Position numbers and translations under genes: made by a program. The notes under the pieces were generated by a model that was given only the letters and a program-made list of their open reading frames with translations, searched no databases and was not told where the DNA came from. From Eledone cirrhosa (lineage: Eukaryota), in NCBI GenBank assembly GCA_964016885.1, contig OZ024740.1:301196001-301260000 (forward strand): 64,000 nucleotides of DNA, read 5' to 3'. Positions 1-13,253 of this stretch are shown here, piece by piece (within the stretch, counting starts at the first letter, position 1; every line of letters begins with the position of its first letter).

Positions 1-3000
1 GGAAAAAAACAAATAAAGAGACACCACAAAACCCTCAACACTCCAATCACCAACACCATCACAAAACCATAGACAAAAACAACAACAAAAACAAGACCAC
101 AGTCAAACATCCCCCTACCAGCAAAACCAACTCCAGCACCACCCCAAACACAAGCACCCACCATAAAAAGAAAGCTCCCCAACGAACAACAAACAAAGAC
201 AAACACAACAAAAACACAAACAAAAATAACACAACAAAAACACAAACAACAATACGCATAGATCAACACAAACAACAAGAGTTTGATGGAGGTCATCTCC
301 AAAAACCCCAAGGTGGAGACGGAGGGCAAAACTTTCGTTAAAGTAGAATCATCTCCATACCTTAAACTTATAAGGGTTTCTATGGAGACCTATAGTGACC
401 TGCAGAATAAATTTTCGCAGGACGTGGGCAACCCCTGGCAGAAACCCATCAACCGCGTCCTGTTAAAATGTTTCCCCACCCCACACTACACCCTTCCAGC
501 ACGCAAATGGAGATTGAACAACCCGATCTCCAGGAAACGAAAAGGTAAGTGCACCTTTTCATCCTCTTTCGCCAACTCTTCTCCACCAACATGGCTAGTT
601 TACGAGTTGGAAGCGTGTATGTGCGTGGTCAAGGGATACCCTGGAAACACGACCAACTTTTAAACGACCTTATGTCACACGGTATGGATGTAATAGCCAT
701 CACCGAGTCCAGGTTCCACAACAGGCAGCAACTAACCCCCATCTTCAATGACTTTGAGATCTACGCATCTCTCTGTCAGCCAGGAGGTGGAGGGTGAGTG
801 GCTGTCATGTTTCGGAAAAATCTTGACGTCAAAGTACAGCAAGTACACTTGGACCGGAGGGTAGACTAGTAGTCCTAGACGTGAACAGTATTGGACGTGG
901 AGCCTTCAGACTGGTGGCCGTTTATGCTTCGACCGGGCAATCGCAATCGCGGCCAGACATCTTTAAGCGTCTAGAGTCTTTTCTGGGAACGTCTCGCTCC
1001 TAACTTTTAATGGGGGACTGGAATTGTATCCTAGATGCACGATGGGACTAGGTGGGAGCTTCTCCTAGTAGAGGAGGCTACAACAGCCTCAACAATTCTA
1101 ATCGGCCAATTCCAACTGGCCGATAGATATCGACTAGCTTTCCCGACTGCACCACAGTGGACTTGGGCAAACCGCAGCGGAACATCTAGATCGTATTTAG
1201 ATAGATTTTCGTTTAGAGAGAAGGACAAGAAGATGTTAAGTTGTCCACAAATGCACATGGTTCCCTATTCAGACCACAAACTAGTCACCTGCATAGTCAA
1301 CTGTGATAGAATGCATAGACAAGGACCCGGATACTGGAAGCCTAACGTGTCACTACAGACAGGTAAAGCCTACAGTGAACTGATAAGTAGATTAGTTAAG
1401 CAACAATTGACGGGAGGAATCGTCAACAACAGATGGTGGTACTCCCTCAAGAAAGCAATTAGAGTAGAGTCGATAGACTTTAGCAGAGAGTTAGCCTTAG
1501 AGAGAAACAAAACAGAAACGGAAGGTAGTAGCCAAGGTAGAGGAGGCGCTTAATAGTGGCAACGTAGCTAGAGTGTTAGCAACGAGAACGGCACTGGACC
1601 AGTTCTTCGATGCGAAACACAAAGGCTGCGTGGTCAGAAATAAATCACGGGCTCTAGGAATCGAGGGAGAGGAAGCTGTTAGTTGGGCCCGAGTGGCAGA
1701 GACGAAAAGTGGCAACAAGTCCACGATTCAGTCTTTGAAACACCAAAACGGACGCGTGTTACTTTACCTCAAGCGGATGTGCGCGGCCTTTCAGCAGCAC
1801 TTTGCGCAACTGTTCGATCAGGGTGGTGGTGTGTCGAACGGGGCAATGGACTTCGGTTCATACCTCGACGGCCTGCCGCGTCACACGACCATGGACGCCG
1901 AGTTCTGCGAAAGACCGATCACAGCCATTGAGATACGGGACGCTCTGAGCCGCTGCGGGAAATGCAAATCCCCCGATCTAGATGGTCTACCCTATGAGTT
2001 TTACATAGGCATGTCGGACTTGTTCTCTGGCATCCTTGAGGCCGTCTACTGCAACTGGCAGCAGAACGGGAGAATTCCCAGTTCTGCAAGCAGGGGCGTA
2101 GTAACGCTGATCTGGAAAGACGAGAACAAGGGGGCCAAACTAAGCACCGTTAGGCCCATAACTCTGCTCAACACAGATTTAAAGATTTGGCCGAGGTGTT
2201 GGCAACGAGTTGGCGCTTGTCGTCGAGAACCTGGTAGGGAAAATGGAAACATGTGCAATCCCGACCAGGTTCATAAACGACAACCTGCACCTCATGCGAA
2301 ACATCATAGAGAGGGTCGGGTGTAACCCGGATTCGTTAGGGCTCTGATCAATCTGGATCAATCTAAGGCGTTCGATAGGGTCGACCATCGATACTTCGAA
2401 GCGGTTCTCGAGGCGGCCAGTTTCGGACACGTCTTCAGAGGCTGAATCACCGCAATTCACACCAATATCTGCTTGATGGTCAAGGTTAACGGCTATCGGA
2501 GCCGTTCGCTATCACGCGTTCCTTTCGACAGAGATGCCCTCTCTCCTCAATTCTGTACGTATTAAGTCTAGAGCTACGGCTGCAAAAGTTGGAGCTGCTG
2601 CAGAGCATTCCGTTGGAACCGGGACTGCGGAAAGCGGCGTCGGTTTATGCCGAAGACGCGACGTGTCGGAAGCCTCCGAAATCGAGGCGATCAGCAAATT
2701 ACTGCAGAAATACGAAAGGCTCACAGAAGAAAAACTGAACCCGGAAAAGTCTGTCGGTTTGCAACTCAGAACGAGGAGACGCAAACCGATGTCGTCCGAC
2801 AGCGTCCTCGGACGCTGGACGGACGGACTTCTGAAATTGCCCGGGGTCTGGTTCGGTCCGGACCTCCAGGTGGAAAAAAACTGGAACGAGGTTATGGCCA
2901 AGTAATTTGCGCTCACTCAGAAGTAGGCAGAGTGCAAACTATCCTTGAAAGGTCGAGCGGAGGTGGCGAACACTTTCATAGCATCCGTCATCTACTACCG

Positions 3001-4231
3001 CTTGACCGTCGTGTCTTGTCGCCGTGAACACCTCACCGAGATGGAACACATGCTCTTCCAGTTCCTTTGGAAGAAGCAGGCTCCACTGGTGAGAAGATCC
3101 GTCTGCTGGCAGCACCTTTCCAACGGAGGGCTGGGAATGCCGTGGCTGATGATGCGCAAGCATGAGCTGAGGCTACGGCATCTACCGGTGTTCCTCACCG
3201 ACCACCAACCGGTGTGAGCAGCGTTTGTGAGACAGGCCTTCCCGAAATTGTCTTACTGACGGAGCTGCAGTCCTGAGTCAAGCGAAGATCGAAGAAGATG
3301 GGTTCCTGGCACATTGAATGCGGTCAGGTACTCACAGTCCTCTGTTAAGTGGGCACAGCAATCAAGTGGAGACAAGGGCGACGACGTGCTCGGAGAGACT
3401 CTAGGCGTCGAAGACGACGAACTCATCAGTCTGTTTGGTACGACTTTCCACGAGGGACCTATGGACAAGTTCCAAAGGTCCCTGGCCTGGCAGTGCTACC
3501 GCGGAGCTCTACCAGTTCGGAACAAGATCTACAGACACGCCCCCCCCCCCACCCCCGAAGGGATCCTTCCAAGAGGACGTATCCAAGATGTGGGCGGGAC
3601 ATTGAAACCGTCCTGCAGGCAATTGTACACTGCCCGGGCGTAACCGACCTCTGGAACTACGCGGAACAACTGGTGTCCCGTATGGGACAAATCCAGTTGA
3701 CTGCCGAAGCCATAGTAAGGATCAAACCACCAACTTCTTTGAAAAACGAAAGAGTGCGGGTTGCCTCTGTATAGTTGCTATGGTGAAATAAGTTATATGG
3801 TGGACGAGATTGACAGGACTGAGGACAGATGGCTTTCTCTCCGGACAACAACTTATTCTCTTCTTTAGATACCACTTTAGAAGTAGTATCAGAGTGGAGG
3901 GAGAAGCACTGCACCCCAGTAAAATTTACTGAAAGGTGGGTAAATGTGGCACAAATGGCCCGAGTTATCGGGCCTTCTCTGTATATAAACCTGTAGGTTG
4001 AAGAAGAGAGCAAAATGAAAAAAAGGAGCACTTGCATAACTCGCTCCTGAAGTTAAGGGTTGTTCTCTCGACGGGGTATTAAACATCCCATTTGTGGTGC
4101 CTCCCCCCTATTGGGGATTTCGAGTGTTATAATTGTTTGTTTTATATATTTTTACACGATTGTATGTAAACTCCCCGGCATGTCTTTGTTTTGTGCTCTT
4201 TTCTTGTGCGCCTTTATGGCTAATAAAGAAA
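1..4231 (+). mobile_element. T0: decayed L1/Tx1-clade non-LTR retrotransposon (ORF1 C-terminus, ORF2, 3'UTR); 5' part lies outside the window
   Basis: Fragmented ORFs are colinear with T3 ORF2 (MASLRVGS, SRSYLDR, SDHK, GPGYWK, SPDLDGLPYEFY, RPITLLNTD, FQRSLAWQCYRGALPVR). The 3'UTR ends AATAAAGAAA (4222-4231), like T2/T3. Confidence 0.93.
591..3996 (+). pseudogene. T0 ORF2 (APE endonuclease-reverse transcriptase-Cys/His domain) with many stops and frameshifts
   Basis: ATG at 591 and TAG at 3994-3996 align with the start and end of intact T3 ORF2. The catalytic YADD reads YAED near 2646. Confidence 0.9.
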
Positions 4232-4336
4232 TATATCTATCTATCATTCTGCCAGTCTGTCTGTCTGACTGCCTGTCTGTTTATGTATCTATATATCTAT
4301 CTATTGATCCACGTATCAATCTATCTACCAATCTAT
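4232..4336. repeat. Degenerate (TATC)n/(TGTC)n microsatellite abutting the T0 3' end
   Basis: tatatctatctatc...gtctgtctgtctg...atctatctattg...ctatctaccaatcta. Confidence 0.75.
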
Positions 4337-4596
4337 AAACCAACTGTAAAATTGAAAACAATATTCACAATCTTTATAATAGCAAAATGGAATTTAAACT
4401 GTAAAGCATATCACTGGGTAGTATGATTTGACTGTTGTATCTAGTTAAAACTTATTTTCCAACTAATGGTAGTGGAAGGAATATAATGTTTTGTTTTGCT
4501 TGTGTCACTTATGTATATTGTATTTTATTTTATGATGATGCAGTTTAAATGATTTATTAATATGAGGTAACTTGCTCGTTCTATCCTTATATTTCA

Positions 4597-4782
4597 AATA
4601 ATTGTTTCTACTTTTGGCACAAGGCCAGCAATTACCCCACTACATTACTGGTACTTTATTTTATCGACCCTGTAGGGATGAAAGGCAAAGTGAACCTCGG
4701 CGGGATGTGAACTCACACCATAAAGGGGCGTAACTCTATTCTGCAAAACATGGCGTCCGACCTTCTACTGATACTGCCAATC
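4597..4782 (-). mobile_element. tRNA-derived SINE (octopod-like)
   Basis: Minus strand: A-box-like TGGCAGTATCAGTAG, B-box-like GAGTTCACATCCCGCC, core TTTGCCTTTCATCCCTACAGGGTCGATAAAATAAAGTACCAGT, tail GCTGGCCTTGTGCC...AGAAACAATTATT. Homologous copies at 62168 and 62369. Confidence 0.85.
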
Positions 4783-4829
4783 CCCCATATAGATGCCGTT
4801 TTATATATGCTTGTATTTTGCTGGTATTA

Positions 4830-5400
4830 CTGAATGTGAGATGTGTGTTGACGTTGTTTGCCCTTGTAATGGCCCAGTTCTCTGCGTTTGGCAGATGGAT
4901 TATAGAATAGTGTTTATGGTGTTGGGTATATTCCTTATGCTGCTTGTTGAATTCTGATGAATATAGCTGAACGATGTAAATATTAGGGTCTAATTTTCGG
5001 GCATCGGTGTACGTTTCGTTATGTATTCGCTAGTCAACTGGAAAGGTTTTGGCATTGTTGTGATATTTTAGTGTTGTTTAATGGGTTGTTTCCCTGTTTG
5101 ATAAATTACCCAACGTAAATATTGGATTTGCATCATGGGATTCTGTTGTTAACATTTGGTTGAGTGTTTATAGTTTACTTCTATATTGCAGCAGGATATA
5201 AGTACCGGTGTCAAGTTAGCTGGTGTAGGTTTATTTAGACATGGTTATGCAGCAGTGTCAGCGAACCTGCTTGTGTGTAGGTATTATGATATTAATATGA
5301 CATACCCGCATGTATCGTTTGTGATGATGGGTGTTTATATGGTATGCCCTGTGTTATTGTTCGTATATCAATTAGGGATTATTTGTTTTGGGTGTCTAGA
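4830..5400 (-). pseudogene. Possible highly decayed LINE APE-endonuclease remnant
   Basis: Minus strand ttagac(c)ctaatatttaca near 4975-4995 reads LDLIFT with one extra base, preceded by an IFTLGN motif (xxGDFN-like). No continuous ORF. Confidence 0.3.
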
Positions 5401-6374
5401 AATAATCATAATAATTAACCGGTTTTCCAACTGTAAATATAATTGAAATCACTATTTCCACCACCTCTAGCCTCATTTCCATCTCGATGTACATGTCTAT
5501 ATGTATGGACCTTGGCCTTCTTAAATGTTTATTTTCTCATATTTATTTTTATCCTCTCTCATTATGTATTTTCGCTTTTGATTTATGTAATAGAATAATA
5601 TATTAACTAATTGTTTGTTAAATTATCACGTTCTATATCCTAAATTTACCTTCCGTTCTTCCGCATGATATTATCTGTAACTTCCTATAATGATCCCCTT
5701 TCATAATTTCTAACTATAACGTACTCATCCTCCTGTTTACTATATTCCTTATTTACTTCAATCTAGGTTTTAACTTTTAATGTCTAATTCTCTATCTGAT
5801 TTCCAGTTTTAATTTCCATTGTGAGACCATAATATTTAGACCCCTGAATTAAGTTCCTTTTCTGTTCGTGGGTGAAGGTCAATTCTATTGTCCATGCATG
5901 CTTTGGGGTAGTATTGAAAGAGATGGAAAATCATAGCCTGCCAGTACCACAGAGTTTCGTCGGCTCCACCAATCTGGCAGTGGACTACAATTTAGTTGGC
6001 TGGCATCTGTGACCGTGTCACCTTGCCGGCCTGGATGGGGTGGGATGGGGATATTTTCCTAGGCTAGTGATCTGTTTTGGGGTAAATAGTTAGTTAGCTG
6101 GGCAGCTTCATACACATTTGCGCCTGTGCAAGTTGTGGAGGTTGATTTAAGCTTAAAAGAGCACGGGCGTTTGCTTCAAGAACACAATCTTTGCCCGTTC
6201 CCTTGTCGCTTCAATTTGGATTGATTCGAGAACGTAACCTTATTATGTAAGATAATGTCAGATGGGATCATGGCACTGGGACGCGAAATCGCGTGACCAC
6301 TGTCGTCATCGAAATATGTTTCAGGGCCTTATTAATAATGTACTTAAACATCTGAAACTACTTTGTATTTCACC

Positions 6375-6423
<49 letters not shown>

Positions 6424-6486
6424 GAAGTAATTCCGTCGGAAAAGTCCAGGAAAAAAGAGTCCTGTATGTAGGTAACAGAGCTTAAT

Positions 6487-6866
6487 AGTTATGTAATAAA
6501 CAACATAAGGCAATTATTCCATTTACCAGTGGTTTCTTAAAAGCAAACAATTTGCTTTCAATCCTCAGAATGAAAAAATCCTGGTCTGTTTATTGAATTT
6601 GGATTTTAAAAACAAAGATGCAATCTATATGAAAGTGAGGCTTCTTTATATATATATTTTCCTATATTTATTTGCGTGTGTGAATGAATATGTAGAGGAG
6701 TGTATATTTTTCTAATGTTGTACATGTATATGTACGTATTTATGTATGTGTATGTATGTACGTGTGTATATAGGTATGATGGTGTGCATGTATGTATGTA
6801 TGTATGTATGTATGTATGTATATGTATGTGTGTATGACTATGTATGTGAATGTGTATGCATGTATC

Positions 6867-6897
<31 letters not shown>

Positions 6898-7051
6898 TAT
6901 ATTTCTCTATATATATATATGTGTATATATGTATGTGTATGTATGGATGTGTTGATATTTATGTGCGTATGTATGTATGTGTATATGTATGTGTATGTGT
7001 GTATTTATATACACATATAAATGTGTATATGTGTGTGTGTATCTATGAGTG

Positions 7052-7112
<61 letters not shown>

Positions 7113-7345
7113 ATGTATGCTTTTGTGTGTGTGTGTGTGTGTGTGTTTGCATGTGTGGTTTTATTTTATTTTTCCTTTCCTTCTTTTTTCTCCAGCCTCA
7201 CTTTCATTTAGATTGCATTTTTGTTTTTAAAATCCAAATTCAATAAACAGACCAGGATTTTTTCATTCTGAGGATTGAAAGCAAAATGTTTTGCTTTTAA
7301 GCAACCACTGGTAAATGGAATAATTGCCTTATGTTGTTTATTACA

Positions 7346-7350
<5 letters not shown>
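6487..7350. mobile_element. Fold-back/MITE-like element with ~140-bp terminal inverted repeats around a (TA)/(TG)/(TATG) microsatellite core
   Basis: 6487-6626 (agttatgtaataaacaac...gatgcaatct) is the near-perfect reverse complement of 7210-7350 (agattgcat...ttattacataact). Confidence 0.8.
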
Positions 7351-7399
<49 letters not shown>

Positions 7400-7459
7400 T
7401 CTTATATATAAAGTGAAGATGGGCATTGTTTGGTATTCCCAACTTGCATGCTACACCGT

Positions 7460-7815
7460 TCATCCAATTTTCATGAAACCTCACACATATATAAAACTCA
7501 ACGCGTAGAGTGGAATAGGCTACTTGAAAATTTCGAAAAATCGATAATCGGGACCCCAGAAGCCAAAAATCGATATTTTCAAAAATCGATGAAACTCGAC
7601 GCAAGTGTGTATTTTGATTCGGGGATAAACGTGCGCTACCTTAAATTTTCGAAACATTGATAATTGGATCACCAGAGGCAAAAATCGATATTTACGAAAT
7701 TTGTCCGATTCCAATGAAATTTGACGTAGGTATGTATTTTGATGCGGGGATTAACGCGGGATACTTGAAATTGTAAAAAGAAAATCGATAATCGGACCCC
7801 CAGAGGCAAAAATCC
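7460..7815. repeat. About 3 copies of a ~120-bp tandem repeat inside the Helitron
   Basis: Recurrent atgaaa...tacttgaaa...gataatcgg(g)acccc(c)agaggcaaaaatc units ending near 7570, 7686 and 7815. Confidence 0.8.
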
Positions 7816-8049
7816 GGCAACCGAAAAACGCTATTCTTCTTGCTTACATTTGTCGCGACTCCCGCCATGCAAAAAATGTTCAATCTATCAGGATTATCCA
7901 CAGTAAGTCTATTTAAATTAAGGCTCACCATATTCAGCAAACCTTTTATGCCGATTCTTCCATTTCTTATATAAGGAATATCAACACTATACCGCCGTGC
8001 ATCATCCTGTATTACACCCAGTCTTCTCAAGCGATCATCGAGTCTCTAT

Positions 8050-9055
8050 GCGCTCCCTTCATTCCCGTGGTCCCACTACCGTAGCATAATGAGGCATCCG
8101 TCAAACTCTGCCCTCTCCCATCCCTGCACGCCGTCGACCTACTGCATCCTTGTGCATCACCATGCGCATCTCTGCATTGTCAGCTGCAATTCATTCCCCG
8201 GCCCTTTCCATTGCCTGCCCTCCGTGGTCCCTAAGGACTGCCACGGCTCAACATGTCGAATCTCTGCCACCGTCCACCCCTGCCCATTTCCATTGCCTAC
8301 ACTCCGGGAGAGCTCAAGACTTCCAGGCCTGACCGAGCCGCATCCCTGCCACCGTCAACCCCTGCCCTCTCCCTTCCCTGCACGCCGTCGTTCCACTGCA
8401 TCGTCATGCCTCACCATGCCGCATTACTGCCCTGTCGGCCACCATCTCCTCCTCAGCCATTTTTTAGGCCTGCCCGCCGTGCTTCTTCAATACTGCCTTG
8501 CCTAACTAAGCCGCATCCCTGCCACCATCAAGTTCTTCCTTCTCCCTTCCCTGCACGCTGTCGTCCCACTGCATCGTCATGCCTCACCATGCCGCATCCA
8601 TGCTCTGTCAGCCACCATGCCCTCCCCTTCCCTCTCCCTTACCCGCACGACTTGGTCCTTCACGAGTGCCATGGTTCACCATGCGGAATCCCTGCAACCG
8701 TCAATCCCGGCCATCTCCCTTCCCTGCACGCCGTCGTCCCACTGCATCGTCATGCATCACCATGCCGCATCAATGCTCTGTCAGCCGCCATCCCCTCCTT
8801 GGACCTTTCTTTTTCCTGCCCGCAGTGATCCTTCAAGACTGCCATGGCTCACCATGCGGCATCCTTGCCACCCTCCACCCATGCCCTCTTCATTGCCTGC
8901 TGGCCGTCGCCCCACTACATCTTCATGCCTCAGGATGCCGCCTCCATGCACTGTCAGCCACCATCCCATCCTCGGCCCTTTCTTTTGCCTGACCGCCGTG
9001 CTCCTTCAAGACTCCCATGGCTATCTATGCCGCATCAATTCCTTGCCACCCGCTT
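8050..9055. repeat. C-rich minisatellite inside the Helitron, ~173-bp period built from ~87-bp halves, 5-6 copies
   Basis: ccctgcacgccgtcg-type anchors near 8121, 8377, 8549, 8722 and 8895. Confidence 0.8.
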
Positions 9056-12000
9056 AAACGTCATCAGTATGGCTTATTGTTGCCTCATTTGATCACCGAT
9101 GTTCGCAGGCTAAACACAATACCAGCGTGTACGATAGTCCATGGTAAATCATTTTAATTACATGTTCTTGAGGCTGTTGCAAAGGGCAATAACCCTAGAC
9201 GCAATTTTGATCAACTTTTTTTCACATATAGCAAATTTACCGGGACAGGTCTTTAGCTACTCAAATCTACTTCAGAGGTCACGCATTCATGTAAAAAATC
9301 AATAAAACTGAAGCGGGGGTTCGACTTTGCAAAAAAAAACAAGGCAAAGTTGCAGATGGGATAATTTTTTACAGGAACGTTCGATTTTCGTGAAAACTGT
9401 CGCAAATGAATCGTCCATTATGCCGCGATTCAGATAAACTCCCTTTCATTTCTTCTTCTGCACATGTGAGCCCCAAAATTGTAAAAAAAAAAAAAAAGAT
9501 TTGAAACAAATCGACTTTTTCAACCTGCTTTAAAAATCAACTGAAAATTCAATTTCAAGTGAATTTGACTTCCATTAGTCTTGCAAAGAACAATTTCAAC
9601 GATACAATCTGAATCTACAATTGATCCATTATTTATGCTCAATTACACACCTGCGTAGACTAACCTCTGTTTTTTTCCTTGAGGTTCGAAGGTTTTTTCA
9701 CCTGTAATGCGCGGGAAGTAACTTTCAAACATTTTAACAACAGACCAAAGGTCGACTTACACCCGGGCAACGCCGCTAGTATATATATATATATAGTAAT
9801 AACAATAAATGTGAAGACTAAAATCCGAAGAGGGCTCGATAAGGATAATAAATATATATATCAAAATATATAAAACAGAGGATCACGTTAAGTGTGAAAG
9901 CAGCGATTATTTGCTTAAACTTGAATCTGTTATTTTAATATATATATATGTATATATATATGTATATATATTTCGTGAAAATTAAGTAGATCCCTATTTA
10001 TAATCCGCTTATGGAGTAAGGTTTCATCTAAGAAGACTTTATATTTAAATGAATGGCGGGGGGGGGGGGTGTAATCCTACCGAAAATAAGCAACGGTTAT
10101 ATATAAATTGTTCAAGTAAGATTAATTTTGCAACCAACAAAATAAATTTTCTCAACGATTGTTTTCAGTTCATATAATAGACACCTGCGGCATTATTTAT
10201 TTAGCATCTTTGTATTTTGGGTAACAAGTTCTTCATATTACATGATGTCAGGTAATATGAGATGCTGCAGTAATTGATGCTGGTGTTGCAATCCTTGAAT
10301 AAGTCAAAATATGTCCATGTTTTTACTACAAAATACATGAATCTGTATGTATCTTCTTGTTTCTTGTTTCTTAGTAAATGCGGTCGATCCTCAGAATTTT
10401 ACGGATAAACCTATTATTACGTTTGTGACATTTATATTTACATTAAAAGTAAGGTGTGTATGTGTTTTCATTTTTTACCTTGCACTTTTATACTGATGAG
10501 AAATGTGCTTATCGACCCTGTCTAATGAGATGTTTCGATGTATTTCCCCTCTGCCTTAATTCCTCCGATATGTTCTTATATATTTCCGCTTACTACATCA
10601 CTACCCTATGTATGACGGCCTTTTTTAAATGTATTTTACTTTTTACTTTTTACCTTATTTATGTATTTTTATTAATGTATTTGTTATATATTTTTTATTT
10701 CTTATCTTTGTATTTCTCTCTCTGTATCCTGCTTTTATTTATTTGGGATTTTCTGCTTATTATTCCTTACTCAGGACAGTATGCACCATTCATAGCTCCC
10801 TACTCACCAAAGAACACACTACTTATAACCCTGAATAACTGGGACTAAAAAATAATTATAGTCTATTGGCACTTTTCATTGGGTTTACCCCGTTCGACTG
10901 ATATGGTGGATTTCCTGGCTGTGCGCCGGGCCCTAGAAGGGTTCTGCCTACCTTGAGTGCTTTGAAAAATAAATTTTCCCCTATTTCGGTAAACGAAACT
11001 ACTCGGAGCGGATCGATTTTCCCCGGAACCCCCGCGCCGCCTGTTTTAACCGCCACTTTATACTCATACCTATAAACTCTAGGCGTAGGCACAACTGTTA
11101 GCTGTATCATGCCTCCCTGTGCTGGCACGTAAATAAACCCCTCATGTGTGAATTAATAGTATTCGTTTGGTATAGACGATGGCCTGTAGAAGCTGGTTGA
11201 CTTCCCGCTAGCACACTCGGGGCCTATCGCAGCTACGTTCCTAGAGTACTCAGAAAAATTAATTTCCATTTATTTCGCTAGACGATACCACTCGAGACTG
11301 GTTGACACGTGGTTGGGAGGTGGTGGCTGGGATTTACAATCGAAGGCTTTTATCTTTACTCTAATCCCACCTTGATAACTTATCGAGATTCCCTATAATA
11401 CACTTACACTTTTTCATATAAGACTCTCTCGGTAATTCTATTAAATAATTCTCGCAACACAAACCTTTAATTCTCTATTAATTTCCTAATAATTTAATTC
11501 CATCCCATAATTCTTTACATAAGTTAACGTTCCAATTTGCTGTTAACACATTAGACTATACAGACACCCATATATATGCCTTTGTTAAAATATCGGTTCT
11601 TTGGAATAATATTTTTCGCGGCGTCTTCCAGCATGACTGTAGTGTGACCCTTGCGCTGACTTTTCTTCATTCTTTCTTTCTTTCTCCTTTTTTTAAAAAA
11701 AATTTCTGGCGGAGTGGTGGTAGTACATTATAAGCCTTCGCGCCCTCACCAGATGGTCATTAGTAGACCGAGTTGCCATCACTTGAGGGCGACTGACCGA
11801 GGTGACAGCAGCTAGTTGATCAGTCGTTCTCTCTGTCTCTGATTTTTCGGACCCATGGATTTTATATATTGCTTTGTTACATTTCAAATACCTGATGATA
11901 TTACCGGATTAATACGGAACCCGGTCATTCAAATGATAGTAGTATAATACACTTTTCAAAGATTTACACCAATCCAGCCTCCTGTTATTTTATTTATAAT

Positions 12001-12138
12001 AATTAGCACCACCAACTACACAGACGAAGACGGGTGAACTACATTACGTTGAGTACTCTCCATAACATTACATCAAGTTTGACCATACGGAATTGCCAAT
12101 TCTATCCAGTGGTGAACCAACAAACCTAAATATATATA

Positions 12139-12580
12139 TAAATGGAATAGAATGAAACGAAATTTCATGTCTCACTCTTAGTACGGCACTTACTTAAATG
12201 TAAGTATGTATGTATGTATACGTACATACATATATGTATACAGACGTACTGTAGTATGTATATATATATACATACAGGCACACATATATATATATATATA
12301 TATATATGCACGTATCGGTTTATCGAACATTTATAATAATGCTCGGTTTGTTTGTTTGTAAACAAACACAGCCCGAATTACTCCGTACAGTGTTTAGGCA
12401 ACCATGTCACCGTTTTGTTCAACACTGAGACAGGAAGGATGTACTAGTTTCAAGCTTATTAGCTATCGTCAGCATTGTATGCCTTCCTGCCAGATGGTTG
12501 AACGTCTGAAAATATGTGTCTCTGTGTTGAACAAAAAGATGACGTGGTAGCCTTATAATAAATGTTCGGTAAACCGATAC

Positions 12581-12619
<39 letters not shown>

Positions 12620-13127
12620 CATGTATGTATATATATATATACATACTACTGTACGTATGTATACATATATGTATATACGTATACATACATACATATTTAC
12701 ATTTAAGTAAGTGCCGTATTAAGAGTGAGAAATGAAATTTCGTTTCATTCTATTCCATTTATCGTTTTCGGTGTGCCCGGCCGACTGAACTCACTCGATA
12801 TGCAAATTAGGCTGTTCAGCCGTTAATATGCATGAGGAAAGTATATACTTTCAGACATTCAACCATCTGACAGGAAGGTATACGATGATGACGATCGGTA
12901 ATAAGCTTGAAACTAGTACATCGTTCTTGTGTCAGTGTTGAGCAAAAAGGTAACGTGGTTGCCTAAACACTGTACGGCATAGTTCGGGCTGTTTGTTTGT
13001 TTACAAACAAACAAACCGAGCATTATAATAAATGTCCGGTAAACCGATACGTGCATATATATATGTGTGCATGTATGTATATATATATATATACTACTGT
13101 ACGTCTGTATACATATATGTATGTACC
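12139..13127. repeat. Compound inverted repeat: one arm with two inverted partners
   Basis: 12139-12338 is inverted at 12556-12761; ~12222-12514 is inverted at ~12845-13127. Confidence 0.85.
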
Positions 13128-13150
13128 TATACATACACATATATATATAT

Positions 13151-13253
<103 letters not shown>

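Larger units (their letters stand above)
7400..9779 (+). mobile_element. Non-autonomous Helitron
   Basis: Begins TC (tcttatatataaag) after an A and ends CTAG before a T, inside (TA)n tracts. Subterminal cacccgggcaacgccg is a truncated Helitron-type hairpin motif. No TSD and no Rep/helicase ORF. Confidence 0.75.

Noticed and set aside
6746-7246. ORFs rich in YI/CV/TH repeats (also 12165-13270, 14378-15443, 60592-61099, 63688-63978) and poly-I/L/Y ORFs at TAA tracts
   Set aside because: They are translations of microsatellites, not genes.
8089-9092. Overlapping Pro/His/Cys-rich ORFs
   Set aside because: Products of the C-rich minisatellite, open in several frames, with no domain motifs.
10490-10550. 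ctgatgag...tttcgat possible hammerhead
   Set aside because: No GAAA and no stem I or III.
11888-11945. cctgatga...accgg...ccggt hammerhead-like stretch
   Set aside because: The GAAA core is missing (cattcaaa) and stem I cannot be formed; at most a decayed relic.
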